64,000 nucleotides of DNA from an uncultured Bacilli bacterium (GTDB lineage Bacteria; Bacillota_I; Bacilli_A; RF39; UBA660). The translations under genes and the position numbers were made by a program. The notes below the pieces were generated by a model that worked only from the letters and a program-made list of their open reading frames with translations, was not told where the DNA came from and did not search any database. Below are positions 1 through 10,430 of this stretch, piece by piece. Every line of letters starts with the position of its first letter. Position 1 is the stretch's first letter. The DNA lies in contig CAKPOS010000002.1 in the NCBI GenBank assembly GCA_934176955.1, forward strand, positions 75,218-139,217. The letters run 5' to 3'.

Positions 1-669
1 TGAACTTGTATCTAAAATTAATGTAAAATACATTTTGATAAAAGTATCTTCTGGAATTTTATTCACACAAAATGCTTTTCTATATTTATCATCAATGTAT
101 AGTCGAAATCCTTTAGAAGTCTCTATTCTAGGAACTCCCATTACTCTATGGTAAAAGCGCCTAATTTTTTCAATCGTTAAATGATATAAATGTTCAAAAT
201 ATAAATTATCATTTTTGGCATATTCTTTTAATTTTTCCATTCTATTATTTAAAATGGATACTTGTTCTTTTGCTTCATCATCACTTAAAGGTGGTATGGG
301 ATTAGAATATTTATTCACTATATATTCTTGTAGTTGCTGGAGTTGATTATCTTTAGCATAAATAATTTTAGAAGTCCCAAAAATTGTTAATGTTGCATTA
401 TTCTGATTGATATAATCTTCATCAACTGTCCGGTAGATTTCTTCAAGTGGCTTTTCAAAATATTCAATTCTCATGCCATCTACAACTTTATTTCCTCTAA
501 TTAAATGATTGGGATCTTCATTGTCTAATATGATATGTAAATCAATATCAGAATTTGCTGTATTTAGTCCAGTAAAATAACTTCCATAGAAAAGGATTCC
601 TAATACATGTTTATTATTTAAATACCCCATCTCTTCGATGAAACTTGAAATTTTGTCTTGAATTGACAT
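1..669 (-). CDS. Pol-beta-superfamily nucleotidyltransferase domain protein (aminoglycoside/lincosamide-NTase-like); 3' end cut by window edge
   Basis: Absent from the ORF track because it runs off the window. My translation from ATG 669-667: MSIQDKISSFIEEMGYLNNKHVLGILFYGSYFTGLNTANSDIDLHIILDNED... It carries the minimal NTase motif G-S-x(n)-D-x-D (YGSYFTGLNTANSDIDLH). A GGGGGA SD lies about 5 nt upstream. Confidence 0.6.
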   Translation of the reverse strand, partial: MSIQDKISSFIEEMGYLNNKHVLGILFYGSYFTGLNTANSDIDLHIILDNEDPNHLIRGNKVVDGMRIEYFEKPLEEIYRTVDEDYINQNNATLTIFGTSKIIYAKDNQLQQLQEYIVNKYSNPIPPLSDDEAKEQVSILNNRMEKLKEYAKNDNLYFEHLYHLTIEKIRRFYHRVMGVPRIETSKGFRLYIDDKYRKAFCVNKIPEDTFIKMYFTLILDTSS

Positions 670-1076
670 CCATATCCCCCATTTCAAAAAAAACGATTTT
701 CTTATTCTTTTATTCTTTTTAATTTATTGATTTCATAATTTCACTAGTTTTAATCATAAAAGTATTATTATTTTATATTTGATTTATTAATAAAGTTCTT
801 GATGTATTCATATCCTTTATTGATTTTTTCTTCTATTTCTATATTTTTGTTATATATGTATTATAGTCTTTGATTACGACTTCTTCTACTTTTTTCATGG
901 ATAACTTTTTTTGAAGAAGAATCTTTTTTTTAACTCAGGAAAATAATTGATTGTGCAGTGAGAACATCTAAATTTTTATTATTTTCAAAACAAGTCACTC
1001 AATTGCTTCAATATTTTCTGCTAACATAATTGGAATAAATTTAAGGTATATTCATACATAGCTCTTAAAAAATGTA

Positions 1077-1727
1077 TTATCTACTTCTTGTTTTATAATA
1101 TTTCTTTGCTTCTTCATACAACTTTGGAGTTTCTTTATTAAGTATTTCAACATTTGATATTAAATATAATATATAATCTTTTCCATAATTATCTATAATA
1201 TATTTAAACATTAAATAATAATTATAGTACTTCGTTGTACCATTTATCATTTCTTCTTCGGTGGCATCAAATATAAATTTATTATCTATATTGTCATATT
1301 GGCCTGATAAAGTTGTTGCTAAACCTTCTGATAACCACCGAACATATATACTATTAGAATTAGCTTTAAAATGACAGCTATGAATAAATTCATGGATTAT
1401 TAATCTACACAAGTTATCTATATTAACATTTTCATGAGACTTTGTTTTTCTATATTCACTCAATGATAATGTTTCAATATATTTGTTATTATATGCAAAT
1501 CCACATACCCAATTTTCAGGTATTCGTTTATATACTTCGTTATATTTTTTTCTAAAATTATCTAAATTACTATGTAATGTGATTTCAACTTTTTCACCAA
1601 AATTACTTAATTTAAAAAAATTAACAATTATTATCTCATTTCTTTGTAAATAATCCAGTAAATATTTCATATATTCTCTATCTTTTTCTGTATAATTTAT
1701 AGTCATATATTTTGTAGATATTTTCAT
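1077..1727 (-). CDS. hypothetical HExxH metallopeptidase-like protein
   Basis: 216 aa. Contains the HEFIH zincin motif in the context LIIHEFIHSCH...WLSEGLATTLSGQ. AGAGGT SD upstream. Confidence 0.6.
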   Translation of the reverse strand: MKISTKYMTINYTEKDREYMKYLLDYLQRNEIIIVNFFKLSNFGEKVEITLHSNLDNFRKKYNEVYKRIPENWVCGFAYNNKYIETLSLSEYRKTKSHENVNIDNLCRLIIHEFIHSCHFKANSNSIYVRWLSEGLATTLSGQYDNIDNKFIFDATEEEMINGTTKYYNYYLMFKYIIDNYGKDYILYLISNVEILNKETPKLYEEAKKYYKTRSR

Positions 1728-1745
1728 TTTTTTACCTCTTAAATA

Positions 1746-3014
1746 TTATTTTGTATATTCGAATTCATAATCAAGAATTTTTACAATATCTCCTTCTTCT
1801 ATTCCCATTTTTTCTAATTCATCATCAATTCCCATTTTTCTTAGTTTACTAGAGAAACGGAAGAAAGATTCTTCTGTGTTAAAGTTGGTCATCTGGAATA
1901 GTTTTTCAACTGTTGCTCCTTTGATAATATAAGTATTGTTTTCTTTAATAATTGTAAATGGTTTTTCTTTCTTAAATTTATATAAGACATGACTTTCTTG
2001 AACTTCTTCTGGGAATAATACTTCGTCTTTGGTATTTTTTACTAATTCTTTTAGGGCTTTTAATACTTCATCTAAGCCTCTATTTTGGATAGCACTTACT
2101 TCATAGATAGGGACTTTTACTTTTTGTTTGAATTCTTCTAGGTTCTTTTTTGATGATTCTATATCCATTTTGTTGGCGATGATGATTTCTGGTTTTTGGA
2201 TTAATTTTGGGCTAAAATTTTCTAGTTCTTTTCTAATGGTAAGGTAATCTTCATAAGGATTTCTTCCTTCTATTCCTGACATATCAATAATATGGGCAAT
2301 AATTTTGGTACGTTCAATATGTTTTAAGAATTTGTGTCCTAAACCTAGTCCATCGGAGGCGCCTTCGATTAATCCTGGTAAATCAGCGATGGTATAAGAG
2401 TAATCTTCACTTGTTACTACGCCTAAATTTGGAGATAAGGTTGTAAAGTGGTAACTTGCTATTTTAGGGTTTGCGTTGGTTACCATGGATAGAATGGTAC
2501 TTTTTCCAACACTTGGTAAGCCTACTAGACCAACATCTGCTAGCATACGAAGTTCTACTTTTACTTTTCTATTTTCTCCTGGTTCTCCATATTCACAGTA
2601 TGATGGGCATGGGTTACTTCTTGTTGCTAAGGTTACGTTTCCTCTTCCCCCTCTTCCACCATAGGCTACAATTACTTCTTCTCCATTTTTGGTTAAATCA
2701 CCAATAATAGCACCTGTTTCATTATCCTTTATGGTTGTTCCAAGAGGAACTTTTACAATCATGTCCGTAGCATTTTTCCCATTTTTATTTTTTCCTTGAC
2801 CATTTTCTCCGGATGAGGCTTTAATGTGTTTTTGATATCTTAAATCAATTAGGGTTCTTAGTCCTTCATCGACTTTAAAGATAATATCGCCACCTTTTCC
2901 TCCGTTTCCACCGAATGGTCCTCCCATTGCTACATATTTTTCTCGTCTGAAAGCCATACAACCATCTCCACCGCGACCTGCGGTTAATTCCACGATAACT
3001 TCATCAACAAACAT
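1746..3014 (-). CDS. obg: GTPase Obg
   Basis: 422 aa. Gly-rich Obg fold (MFVDEV...GGDGCMAFRREKY), G1 GLPSVGKST, G3 DLPGLIEGA, and a C-terminal OCT-like domain. Confidence 0.95.
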   Translation of the reverse strand: MFVDEVIVELTAGRGGDGCMAFRREKYVAMGGPFGGNGGKGGDIIFKVDEGLRTLIDLRYQKHIKASSGENGQGKNKNGKNATDMIVKVPLGTTIKDNETGAIIGDLTKNGEEVIVAYGGRGGRGNVTLATRSNPCPSYCEYGEPGENRKVKVELRMLADVGLVGLPSVGKSTILSMVTNANPKIASYHFTTLSPNLGVVTSEDYSYTIADLPGLIEGASDGLGLGHKFLKHIERTKIIAHIIDMSGIEGRNPYEDYLTIRKELENFSPKLIQKPEIIIANKMDIESSKKNLEEFKQKVKVPIYEVSAIQNRGLDEVLKALKELVKNTKDEVLFPEEVQESHVLYKFKKEKPFTIIKENNTYIIKGATVEKLFQMTNFNTEESFFRFSSKLRKMGIDDELEKMGIEEGDIVKILDYEFEYTK

Positions 3015-3106
3015 GTTATCCCACCTTTCTTTTTTCTTAAATTATTATACACTATATTTACTAAAATTGAAAGAAGAATATTACTAGTGGATAACTTTTA
3101 GATGAG

Positions 3107-3127
3107 AAAAATACTGAACAGTATTTT
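3107..3127. terminator. shared-stem hairpin AAAAATACTG-aa-CAGTATTTT (member of the dispersed hairpin family)
   Basis: Read directly. Lies between the tuf terminator and the obg promoter region. Same arm sequence as the copies at 7594, 25311, 28096, 30039, 56756 and 60705. Confidence 0.5.
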
Positions 3128-3133
3128 GGACAG

Positions 3134-3165
3134 AAAAAAAAGACTCCCCTAAAGAGAATCTTTTT
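3134..3165 (-). terminator. intrinsic terminator downstream of tuf
   Basis: Plus strand reads AAAAAAAAGACTCccctaaaGAGAATCTTTTT. This is a bulged stem followed by a T-run on the minus strand, 9 nt after the tuf stop. Confidence 0.5.
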
Positions 3166-3173
3166 ATTTATTA

Positions 3174-4358
3174 TTATTCAATAATATCAGATACGTTACC
3201 AGCACCTACTGTACGTCCACCTTCACGAATTGAGAACTTAGTTCCGTTTTCAACAGCGATTGGAGCGATTAATTCTACTGTCATTGTAACGTTATCACCA
3301 GGCATAACCATTTCAGTTCCTTCTGGTAATGTGATTACACCAGTAACATCAGTAGTTCTGAAGTAGAATTGAGGTCTGTAATTTGAGAAGAATGGAGTAT
3401 GTCTTCCGCCTTCTTCTTTAGATAATACGTATACTTGTGCAGTGAATTTTTTGTGTGGGTGAACACTTCCTGGTTTAGCAAGAACTTGTCCTCTTTCAAC
3501 GTCATCTCTTGAAATACCACGTAATAATACACCAGCATTATCTCCAGCTTCAGCATAGTCTAGAGTTTTTCTAAACATTTCAATTCCTGTAACAACAGTC
3601 TTTTGAGTGTCTCTAAGTCCAACGATTTCAACTTCATCATTAAGTTTTAATTGTCCTCTTTCAACACGTCCAGTAACAACTGTTCCACGTCCAGTAATTG
3701 TGAATACGTCTTCAATTGACATTAAGAATGGTTTATCAACATCTCTTTCAGGAGTTGGAATCCATTCGTCAACAGCATCCATTAATTCATTAATCTTTTC
3801 TACATATTTAGGATCTCCTTCAAGAGCTTTTAATGCAGAACCTCTAATGATTGGAGTATTGTCTCCATCGAATCCATAACTTGTTAATAATTCACGAATT
3901 TCCATTTCAACTAAGTCTAATAATTCTTCATCATCAACCATATCACATTTGTTCATGAATACTACCATTCTAGGTACACCAACTTGGCGAGCTAGTAAGA
4001 TGTGCTCTCTTGTTTGAGCCATAGGTCCATCAGTTGCAGCAATAACTAAGATTGCTCCATCCATTTGTGCTGCACCAGTAATCATGTTCTTTACATAGTC
4101 AGCATGTCCTGGACAGTCAACGTGAGCATAGTGACGTTTGTCAGTTTGATACTCAACGTGTGCAGTATTGATAGTAATACCTCTTTCTCTTTCTTCTGGT
4201 GCTTTATCAATATCAGCATAGTCTTCAAATTGAGCATAACCTTTATCAGCTAATACTTTAGTGATAGCAGCAGTTAAAGTAGTTTTACCATGATCTACGT
4301 GTCCAATTGTACCAATATTAACGTGTGGTTTTGAACGATCAAATTTTTCTTTTGCCAT
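3174..4358 (-). CDS. tuf: elongation factor Tu
   Basis: 394 aa with canonical motifs [18 protein letters not shown] and NKCD. Confidence 0.98.
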   Translation of the reverse strand: MAKEKFDRSKPHVNIGTIGHVDHGKTTLTAAITKVLADKGYAQFEDYADIDKAPEERERGITINTAHVEYQTDKRHYAHVDCPGHADYVKNMITGAAQMDGAILVIAATDGPMAQTREHILLARQVGVPRMVVFMNKCDMVDDEELLDLVEMEIRELLTSYGFDGDNTPIIRGSALKALEGDPKYVEKINELMDAVDEWIPTPERDVDKPFLMSIEDVFTITGRGTVVTGRVERGQLKLNDEVEIVGLRDTQKTVVTGIEMFRKTLDYAEAGDNAGVLLRGISRDDVERGQVLAKPGSVHPHKKFTAQVYVLSKEEGGRHTPFFSNYRPQFYFRTTDVTGVITLPEGTEMVMPGDNVTMTVELIAPIAVENGTKFSIREGGRTVGAGNVSDIIE

Positions 4359-4432
4359 AAATATCTTTTCCTCTCTTTCTTAAGTTACATAATCTATTTT
4401 ATCAAATTTTGGAAATTAATCAATAGTATCGA

Positions 4433-6505
4433 TTAATTTCCTCCATTTTTTTTGATAATCTCTTCTGCAATTGATTTTGGTACTTCTTCATAGTGATCCA
4501 AAGTCATTGTAAAGCTTCCACGTCCTTGTGTATTTGAACGTAAGCTTGTTGCATAACCGAACATTTCAGCTAGTGGTACCATAGCTTCTATTGCTAGAGC
4601 ATTACCACGTGATTCTTGTCCCATTGGTTTTCCACGACGTGATGTAATATCTCCCATAACATTACCTAAATATTCATCTGGTACAATAACTTGTACTTTC
4701 ACGATTGGTTCAAGTAATACTGGTTTACATTTGTTTCTTGCTTCTTTCAAAGCTAAGCTTGCTGCAATTTTGAAGGCCATTTCTGATGAGTCAACATCAT
4801 GGTATGAACCATCAAATAAAGTTGCTTTTACATCTACCATAGGGTATCCGGCTAAAACACCAGTTGTCATTGCTTCTTGTAAGCCTTTATCGATAACGGA
4901 AATATATTCTCTTGGAACTACTCCTCCTACGATATTGTCTACAAATTCATATCCTTTATCAGGATTTGGTTCAAAACGAATCCAAACATGTCCATATTGT
5001 CCACGTCCACCAGATTGTTTAATGTGTTTTCCTTCACATTCAGCAGTTTGAGTAATGGTTTCACGATAAGCAACTTGAGGTGCTCCTACGGTTGCTTCAA
5101 CACCAAATTCTCTTCTTAATCTATCTACTTGAATATCAAGGTGTAATTCACCCATACCAGAAATTACAGTTTGACCTGTTTCTGGGTCAGTGTGCATTCT
5201 AAATGTTGGATCTTCTTCTGCTAATTTTGTTAATGCTAATGTCATTTTATCTTGATCTGCTTTAGATTTTGGTTCTAGAGCTTGTGAGATAACTGGTTCT
5301 GGGAATTCCATACCTTTCATGATACATGGATTTTTCTCATCACATAGTGTATCAGCAGTTGTTGTATTTTTAAGTCCAACGATTGCTCCGATATCTCCAG
5401 CGAATACTTCTGAAATCTCTTCTCTGTGATTAGCGTGCATTTGTAGGATTCTTCCTACTCTTTCTTTTACATTCTTTGTTGAGTTTAATACATAAGAACC
5501 ACTCTTTAATGTACCTGAATATACTCTGAAGAATGTAAGTCTTCCAACAAATGGATCTGTCATTACTTTAAATGCTAAAGCAGTGAATGGTTCAGAATCT
5601 GATGGATGTCTTAATACTTCATTTCCTTTAGAATCCATACATTCAATTGATGCAACATCTGTTGGGGCTGGTAGGTAATCTACAACAGCATCTAGAAGTA
5701 ATTTTACCCCCATATTTCCTAGGGCAGTTCCACACATGAATGGGAAGAACTCTGCAGATAAAACACCTTTACGAATTGCTTTCTTTAATGCATCAACAGT
5801 AACTTCACCACCATCTAGGTAAGTCATCATTAATTCTTCATCAAAGTCTGCAGCAGCTTCAATTAAAATGTTTCTATATTCTTCTGCTTTGTCTTTTAAA
5901 TCTTCTGGAATTTCAATTTCTGTATAATTTTCTTCTTGTTTTCCATCAAAGTGATATGCTTTCATGGTAACTAAGTCAATTACACCATTGAATTCTGATT
6001 CTGCACCAATTGGAAGTTCAATAGCAGCAGTTTTTGCTCCTAATCTGTCACTTACGCTTTGTAAGCTTTTGTAGAAATCAGCACCCATTTTATCCATTTT
6101 GTTAGAGAAAATGATTCTTGGTACTTTATATTCATTTGCTTGTCTCCATACTGTTTCACTTTGTGGTTCAACACCAGCTTGTGAATCTAGTAATAAAACA
6201 GCTCCATCTAATACTCTTAAGCTTCTTTGTACTTCGATTGTGAAGTCTACGTGACCTGGAGTATCGATGATATTGAAACGATAGCCCTTCCAGAATGCTG
6301 TTGTTGCAGCAGAAGTAATGGTAATACCACGTTCTTGTTCTTGTTCCATCCAGTCCATTTGGGCTGCTCCATCATGAGTTTCCCCAATTTTGTGGATTTT
6401 TCCTGTATGGTATAAAATACGTTCTGTACAAGTTGTTTTACCAGCATCAATGTGTGCCATAATTCCAATGTTACGAGTATTTTGTAACGAAATTTTTCGA
6501 GCCAT
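4433..6505 (-). CDS. fusA: elongation factor G
   Basis: 690 aa with [17 protein letters not shown] and NKMD, positioned within the str operon. Confidence 0.98.
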   Translation of the reverse strand: MARKISLQNTRNIGIMAHIDAGKTTCTERILYHTGKIHKIGETHDGAAQMDWMEQEQERGITITSAATTAFWKGYRFNIIDTPGHVDFTIEVQRSLRVLDGAVLLLDSQAGVEPQSETVWRQANEYKVPRIIFSNKMDKMGADFYKSLQSVSDRLGAKTAAIELPIGAESEFNGVIDLVTMKAYHFDGKQEENYTEIEIPEDLKDKAEEYRNILIEAAADFDEELMMTYLDGGEVTVDALKKAIRKGVLSAEFFPFMCGTALGNMGVKLLLDAVVDYLPAPTDVASIECMDSKGNEVLRHPSDSEPFTALAFKVMTDPFVGRLTFFRVYSGTLKSGSYVLNSTKNVKERVGRILQMHANHREEISEVFAGDIGAIVGLKNTTTADTLCDEKNPCIMKGMEFPEPVISQALEPKSKADQDKMTLALTKLAEEDPTFRMHTDPETGQTVISGMGELHLDIQVDRLRREFGVEATVGAPQVAYRETITQTAECEGKHIKQSGGRGQYGHVWIRFEPNPDKGYEFVDNIVGGVVPREYISVIDKGLQEAMTTGVLAGYPMVDVKATLFDGSYHDVDSSEMAFKIAASLALKEARNKCKPVLLEPIVKVQVIVPDEYLGNVMGDITSRRGKPMGQESRGNALAIEAMVPLAEMFGYATSLRSNTQGRGSFTMTLDHYEEVPKSIAEEIIKKNGGN

Positions 6506-6520
6506 ATTGTCTTTTCCTTT

Positions 6521-6988
6521 CTACCATCTATAATGAGCAAATGCTTTGTTTGCTTCTGCCATTTTGTGAGTATCTTCTTTTTTCTTAACAGATGCACCAA
6601 TACCATTTGAAGCATCAATGATTTCGTTTGCTAATTTTTCAGCCATTGTATGACCACTTCTTAATCTTGCATATTGTGCTAACCAACGAAATGCTAGTGC
6701 TTGTGCACGTTCTGGTTTAACTTCTACTGGTACTTGATAGTTTGCTCCACCTACTCTTCTAGATTTTACTTCTAGATTAGGTTTGATGTTTTCCATTGCA
6801 CGTTCGAATACAACCATAGCGTCTTCGCCAGTTTTTTCTTTAATTATATCAAACGCATCATATACAATTCTTTGTGCTGTTCCTTTTTTTCCGTCAATCA
6901 TGATTTGATTGATTAATTTTGTAACAACTTTCGATTTGTATAATGAATCTGGTAATACGTCTCTTTTTATTGCACGTCTTTTACGCAT
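6521..6988 (-). CDS. rpsG: 30S ribosomal protein S7 (uS7)
   Basis: 155 aa with a conserved uS7 sequence. AAAGGAGGAG SD upstream. Confidence 0.97.
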   Translation of the reverse strand: MRKRRAIKRDVLPDSLYKSKVVTKLINQIMIDGKKGTAQRIVYDAFDIIKEKTGEDAMVVFERAMENIKPNLEVKSRRVGGANYQVPVEVKPERAQALAFRWLAQYARLRSGHTMAEKLANEIIDASNGIGASVKKKEDTHKMAEANKAFAHYRW

Positions 6989-7028
6989 TTTTTCTCCTCC
7001 TTTTCTTATTATATTTTTATTTTAATTC

Positions 7029-7439
7029 TTATTTTTTAGGTCTTTTTGCTCCGTATTTAGAACGTCCTTGCATACGATTTTGTACACCAGCAGTATCCAT
7101 TGTTCCACGAATGATGTGATAACGAACACCGATTAAGTCTTTAACACGTCCTCCACGAACTAATACAACTGAGTGTTCTTGTAGGTTGTGTCCAATTCCT
7201 GGAATATAACAAGTTACTTCCATACCATTTGATAATCTAACACGAGCATATTTTCTTAATGCTGAGTTTGGTTTCTTTGGAGTCATTGTTCCAACACGTA
7301 CACAAACACCTCTTTTTTGAGGAGAGTTTTGATTTACAGTTTTATTGTTTACTGTATCTAATCTTGTTAGTAATGCAGGTGATTTACTTTTTCTTCTTTT
7401 TTGTCCTTTTCCTCTTAGTCTTTGGTTAATTGTTGCCAT
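7029..7439 (-). CDS. rpsL: 30S ribosomal protein S12 (uS12)
   Basis: Conserved uS12 sequence (MATINQ...[10 protein letters not shown]...). I moved the start to ATG 7439, which is preceded by a GGGAGGCGG SD. The track ORF start at 7481 adds 14 unsupported residues. Confidence 0.95.
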   Translation of the reverse strand: MATINQRLRGKGQKRRKSKSPALLTRLDTVNNKTVNQNSPQKRGVCVRVGTMTPKKPNSALRKYARVRLSNGMEVTCYIPGIGHNLQEHSVVLVRGGRVKDLIGVRYHIIRGTMDTAGVQNRMQGRSKYGAKRPKK

Positions 7440-7541
7440 ATGTTTCCGCCTCCCTTCTTTACACATATCCAGGTGTATCATATTTTCTTTAAAAGATAAG
7501 CATTGTCAAAACGACAACACTTAAATTTCACAAGCATGATT

Positions 7542-7570
7542 AATATATCACTAATTTTTGTATTCGTCAA
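7542..7570 (-). promoter_or_regulatory. sigma-A type promoter of the str operon
   Basis: Minus strand reads TTGACG (7570-7565), 17 nt, TATATT (7547-7542), about 100 nt upstream of rpsL. Confidence 0.55.
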
Positions 7571-7593
7571 CTGGTTGTTTTTATTTTTATTAG

Positions 7594-7635
7594 AAAAATA
7601 CTGATAAAGAAGTTAATTATTGATTAGTATTTTTT
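7594..7635. terminator. shared-stem hairpin AAAAATACTGAT-N17-ATTAGTATTTTT downstream of yqeK
   Basis: Read directly. One G:U pair. A/T runs on both flanks make it look bidirectional. Confidence 0.55.
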
Positions 7636-7645
7636 GTAAATAAGA

Positions 7646-8209
7646 TTAAATATTTTTCTTTAAATAAGATAATACTTCTATTGATTTAGAGGCTATCTTT
7701 TTATTTTCTTGTTTTAATTTTTGGTGATTATTTTCAAGACATAAAATCATTGCTTTATCTAAATTTTCTTTGGCAAGTCGCCTTTCTTCTTCAATTTGGG
7801 GGTAATTTTTACCAGGTTCAATTTTATCTGCGATAAATACTATTTTATCTAGAGTACTCATGGGAATATCTCCTATAGTATGAGAGAAAATAGCATGAAT
7901 AATATCCTCATCTAGATGGTATTTTTCTTTTGCATAAACAGCTCCTACTATAGCATGATTTATTCTGGGCGTTGAGTTTTTATCTAGGGAGCAACCATTT
8001 CTTTTTATGATTTCTTCATTTTGTTCTTTCGTAAATTCTTTAGCAATATCATGAATTATTCCTGCTAAATAGGCTTTTTCTTCATCTACATGATAAATAT
8101 GGGCTAATTCTTTTGATACTTCTCCTACTCTTAGGCTATGCTCATAACGATAATCTGATAGGGATTCTTTTAAATCTTTTTTTATTCTTTCTATTAATTC
8201 ATTCATCAA
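7646..8209 (-). CDS. yqeK: HD-domain protein YqeK (bis(5'-nucleosyl)-tetraphosphatase family)
   Basis: 187 aa. HD motifs HSLRV...GIIHDIAKE...HA..G. Confidence 0.85.
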   Translation of the reverse strand: MMNELIERIKKDLKESLSDYRYEHSLRVGEVSKELAHIYHVDEEKAYLAGIIHDIAKEFTKEQNEEIIKRNGCSLDKNSTPRINHAIVGAVYAKEKYHLDEDIIHAIFSHTIGDIPMSTLDKIVFIADKIEPGKNYPQIEEERRLAKENLDKAMILCLENNHQKLKQENKKIASKSIEVLSYLKKNI

Positions 8210-8218
8210 TATTCCTTT

Positions 8219-8725
8219 CTATTCTGAAACAAAATACTTAATAATTTGGCTAGTACCTACTTTTTTTTCTAATGTTTTTGGATAGAAGCCATCTAATGAA
8301 AATGATTCTTTTAATTCTTCTTCCTTGGAACTTGTGGTATAGAGACTAATTAATTCTAATTTAGTATTTAATTCGCATTCTTCTGTTTTAAGGATAATTT
8401 CTAGTTCACGATTTCTTATTTTTCCTAATTTAACAGAAAAGTTGTCGCTTTTTTCATGTTCCCAAATATCATCGTTATTTACAGATATCGTTACACTTCC
8501 AATATTTCCAGATAGTTCTTTATTTTCTAAATCTTTTAGAGAATGAATATCTTTCATGTCAACTTTTATGTCAAGAGCTCCACTTAAAATACTGTCGTTT
8601 ACAAACTTAGGGTAAAATTCAATCGTTGCCATTAAAGTGATGTAACTAGTTCCTTCATAAATCCTTTGTCTTAAATGTGCTTCTGCAAACTTTTCTTTAA
8701 AGTTTATATTTTTAATTTTTAGCAT
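8219..8725 (-). CDS. hypothetical protein
   Basis: Open frame. The likely start is MLKIKNINF at ATG 8725, preceded by GGAGGAG. I recognise no motif. Confidence 0.6.
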   Translation of the reverse strand: MLKIKNINFKEKFAEAHLRQRIYEGTSYITLMATIEFYPKFVNDSILSGALDIKVDMKDIHSLKDLENKELSGNIGSVTISVNNDDIWEHEKSDNFSVKLGKIRNRELEIILKTEECELNTKLELISLYTTSSKEEELKESFSLDGFYPKTLEKKVGTSQIIKYFVSE

Positions 8726-8825
8726 ACTTCTCCTCCTTCTTGTAACCATGGATAGTATAACATAATTTTTAGAATTAAAATACTGATTAGGAATTTTTCA
8801 TCAAAAAAGATTCTTTTTGTGAATT

Positions 8826-10118
8826 CTAGTTTACATATTTTTTAAATGTAGACATTGTAGTTGTGTTTACAATTACATATCTTGGAATTTTATATTTATC
8901 TTGGCCTACTCTAACTTTACTATCCTTTAATTCTCCGGCAAAAGCCATAGTAAATCCAGCTTTTTTTAATAATTCAATAGCTCTTTCGTTATAATCATAG
9001 AAAGGATAACAAAAATAAGTGGTATTATTGAGAGATTCTCTACTTTTCTTTAAGTCTTCTAAAATAGTATTTTCATCTAAGCAGAGTATTCCGCCTCTTC
9101 CAATGTTAGATGGACAATCTCCAATTTTATGCATATTCCATGTATGGGAATGAATTTCTAGATAAGGAGAACTATAATCAGTTGGACTAGCAAGGCTACC
9201 AATTAAGAAAAGCGTGCCTGTCATTTGATATTTGGTTAAGATTTGAATGGTTCTTGATACATACCAACCATCATCAAAAGTTAATGTTACACTTTTTTCT
9301 GGTAATTGTATTTTTCCATCAATATAAAGTTCTAAATCCCGCATAGTGGTTGTATAAAAATTATTTTCTTTTAAGTATTTTATGTGACGGTCAAACATGG
9401 TATCAGTAATACAAATACTTTGTTTGCACTCGGTTTTTTCTCCATTTTCGTTATTATCACTTACAACATAGTGATAATTTAAAACAGCAATTTCGTTGGT
9501 ATAATTTTTAGAAGTATTAGTAGATAAAATGATTTTCTCTACATCTTCTTTTGATACATAGACTAGAGAGTGATTAAACTCAATTCCATATTTATCATCA
9601 TTTTTGATTAAAATAGGAAAAGTTCCTTCTTTTAATTCATAATAAGAATTATCACTTAAATAAAGTTTTGCTTTATTTTTTAGAATGATACTTTCATGAT
9701 AAGGAATATAATTTTTATAGGTTTTATATTCTCCAGATAGTGGGGATAAAGTATCTATTTTTTTAGTATCCATATATTTAATATAGTAATTGCTGTCTTT
9801 TATTTTAAAGTATTCATCTTCGATTATATATTCTGGATCAAGAGATAATTCTATTTTTCCATGAACAGTTGCTATTTTCTTATAAGTATTTTTATCTTTT
9901 AGATAGAGACTACTTCCTTCTTTTAAGATAATATTATCTGCATAATTTTCTTTTATTTTTTCAAGGTTATTTCTTGTTACGGGAATAATTTTTTTACTTG
10001 CGATTACTTTTTCTTTTTCAGTATCATCTTTTAATAATATTACTACTAAAATAAGAAGAACAAAAGTAAGGATAAAAATGATTAATTTTTTCTTTTTTAT
10101 TTGATTATGCTTCTTCAT
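8826..10118 (-). CDS. membrane-anchored polysaccharide deacetylase (NodB homology domain)
   Basis: C-terminal NodB motifs TLTFDDGW and HSHTWNMH. The N-terminal TM follows MKKHNQIKKKK. The start at 10118 has an AAGGAGGAG SD. Confidence 0.8.
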   Translation of the reverse strand: MKKHNQIKKKKLIIFILTFVLLILVVILLKDDTEKEKVIASKKIIPVTRNNLEKIKENYADNIILKEGSSLYLKDKNTYKKIATVHGKIELSLDPEYIIEDEYFKIKDSNYYIKYMDTKKIDTLSPLSGEYKTYKNYIPYHESIILKNKAKLYLSDNSYYELKEGTFPILIKNDDKYGIEFNHSLVYVSKEDVEKIILSTNTSKNYTNEIAVLNYHYVVSDNNENGEKTECKQSICITDTMFDRHIKYLKENNFYTTTMRDLELYIDGKIQLPEKSVTLTFDDGWYVSRTIQILTKYQMTGTLFLIGSLASPTDYSSPYLEIHSHTWNMHKIGDCPSNIGRGGILCLDENTILEDLKKSRESLNNTTYFCYPFYDYNERAIELLKKAGFTMAFAGELKDSKVRVGQDKYKIPRYVIVNTTTMSTFKKYVN

Positions 10119-10178
10119 CGAATTACTCCTCCTTATTTTAGTATGGAAAAAATAAGGAGATTCATTCTTATATTTAAA

Positions 10179-10219
10179 CAAAAAAAAATAAAACAGGCTC
10201 CTAAATTTAAGAGTCTGTT
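10179..10219 (-). terminator. terminator downstream of tRNA-Asn
   Basis: Minus strand reads AACAGACTC-ttaaattta-GGAGCCTGTT followed by TTTATTTTTTTTT. The stem has one internal mismatch. Confidence 0.45.
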
Positions 10220-10229
10220 AATGTCATAA

Positions 10230-10305
10230 TGGCGCTTAATGTAGGGCTCGAACCTACGACCTATCGGTTAACAGCCGAGTGCTCTACCGACTGAGCTAAT
10301 TAAGC
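10230..10305 (-). tRNA. tRNA-Asn (anticodon GTT)
   Basis: Reverse complement is GCTTAATTAGCTCAGTCGGTAGAGCACTCGGCTGTTAACCGATAGGTCGTAGGTTCGAGCCCTACATTAAGCGCCA. It folds as a cloverleaf with anticodon loop CT-GTT-AA, a GTTCGAG T-loop and an encoded CCA. Confidence 0.9.
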
Positions 10306-10327
10306 AGTAATCTCACAAGACTTCTTA

Positions 10328-10356
10328 AGTATATAATATTTTTTTTAAGAAATCAA
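10328..10356 (-). promoter_or_regulatory. promoter of tRNA-Asn
   Basis: Minus strand reads TTGATT (10356-10351), 17 nt, TATACT (10333-10328), about 20 nt upstream of the tRNA 5' end. Confidence 0.5.
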
Positions 10357-10430
10357 GTGATTTTTTATACTTTTTTATTATTTTTTACTAATTTTGAAGT
10401 TTTATACTATTATTTAGTGATTTTTTAACA

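Noticed and set aside
670-1076. A 407-nt AT-rich gap containing several very short minus-strand ORF fragments (for example MKKVEEVVIKDYNTYITKI*, then in another frame EIEEKINKGYEYIKNFINKSNIK*). It could be a decayed small gene.
   Set aside because: No SD, no recognisable motif, and the fragments are short enough to arise by chance in AT-rich DNA. I cannot support a pseudogene call without homology searches.
7440-7481. Longest-ORF N-terminal extensions in the track: rpsL to 7481, deacetylase to 10181, 8219-gene to 8749, htrA to 31347, DUF192-like to 41984, xfp to 44286, ssb to 50426, sufB to 51960, HK to 58663, ligase to 60590, and the GTG starts at 45042 and 63185.
   Set aside because: In each case an internal ATG has a proper SD at 5-9 nt and matches the conserved family N-terminus. 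The extensions start at GTG/TTG or sit inside SD or promoter elements.
8777-8787. Isolated left-arm copies of the shared hairpin stem (AAAATACTGAT at 8777-8787 and 21948-21961) with no matching right arm.
   Set aside because: They cannot form the family hairpin and are not called as terminators. They are kept only as supporting counts for the over-represented k-mer.
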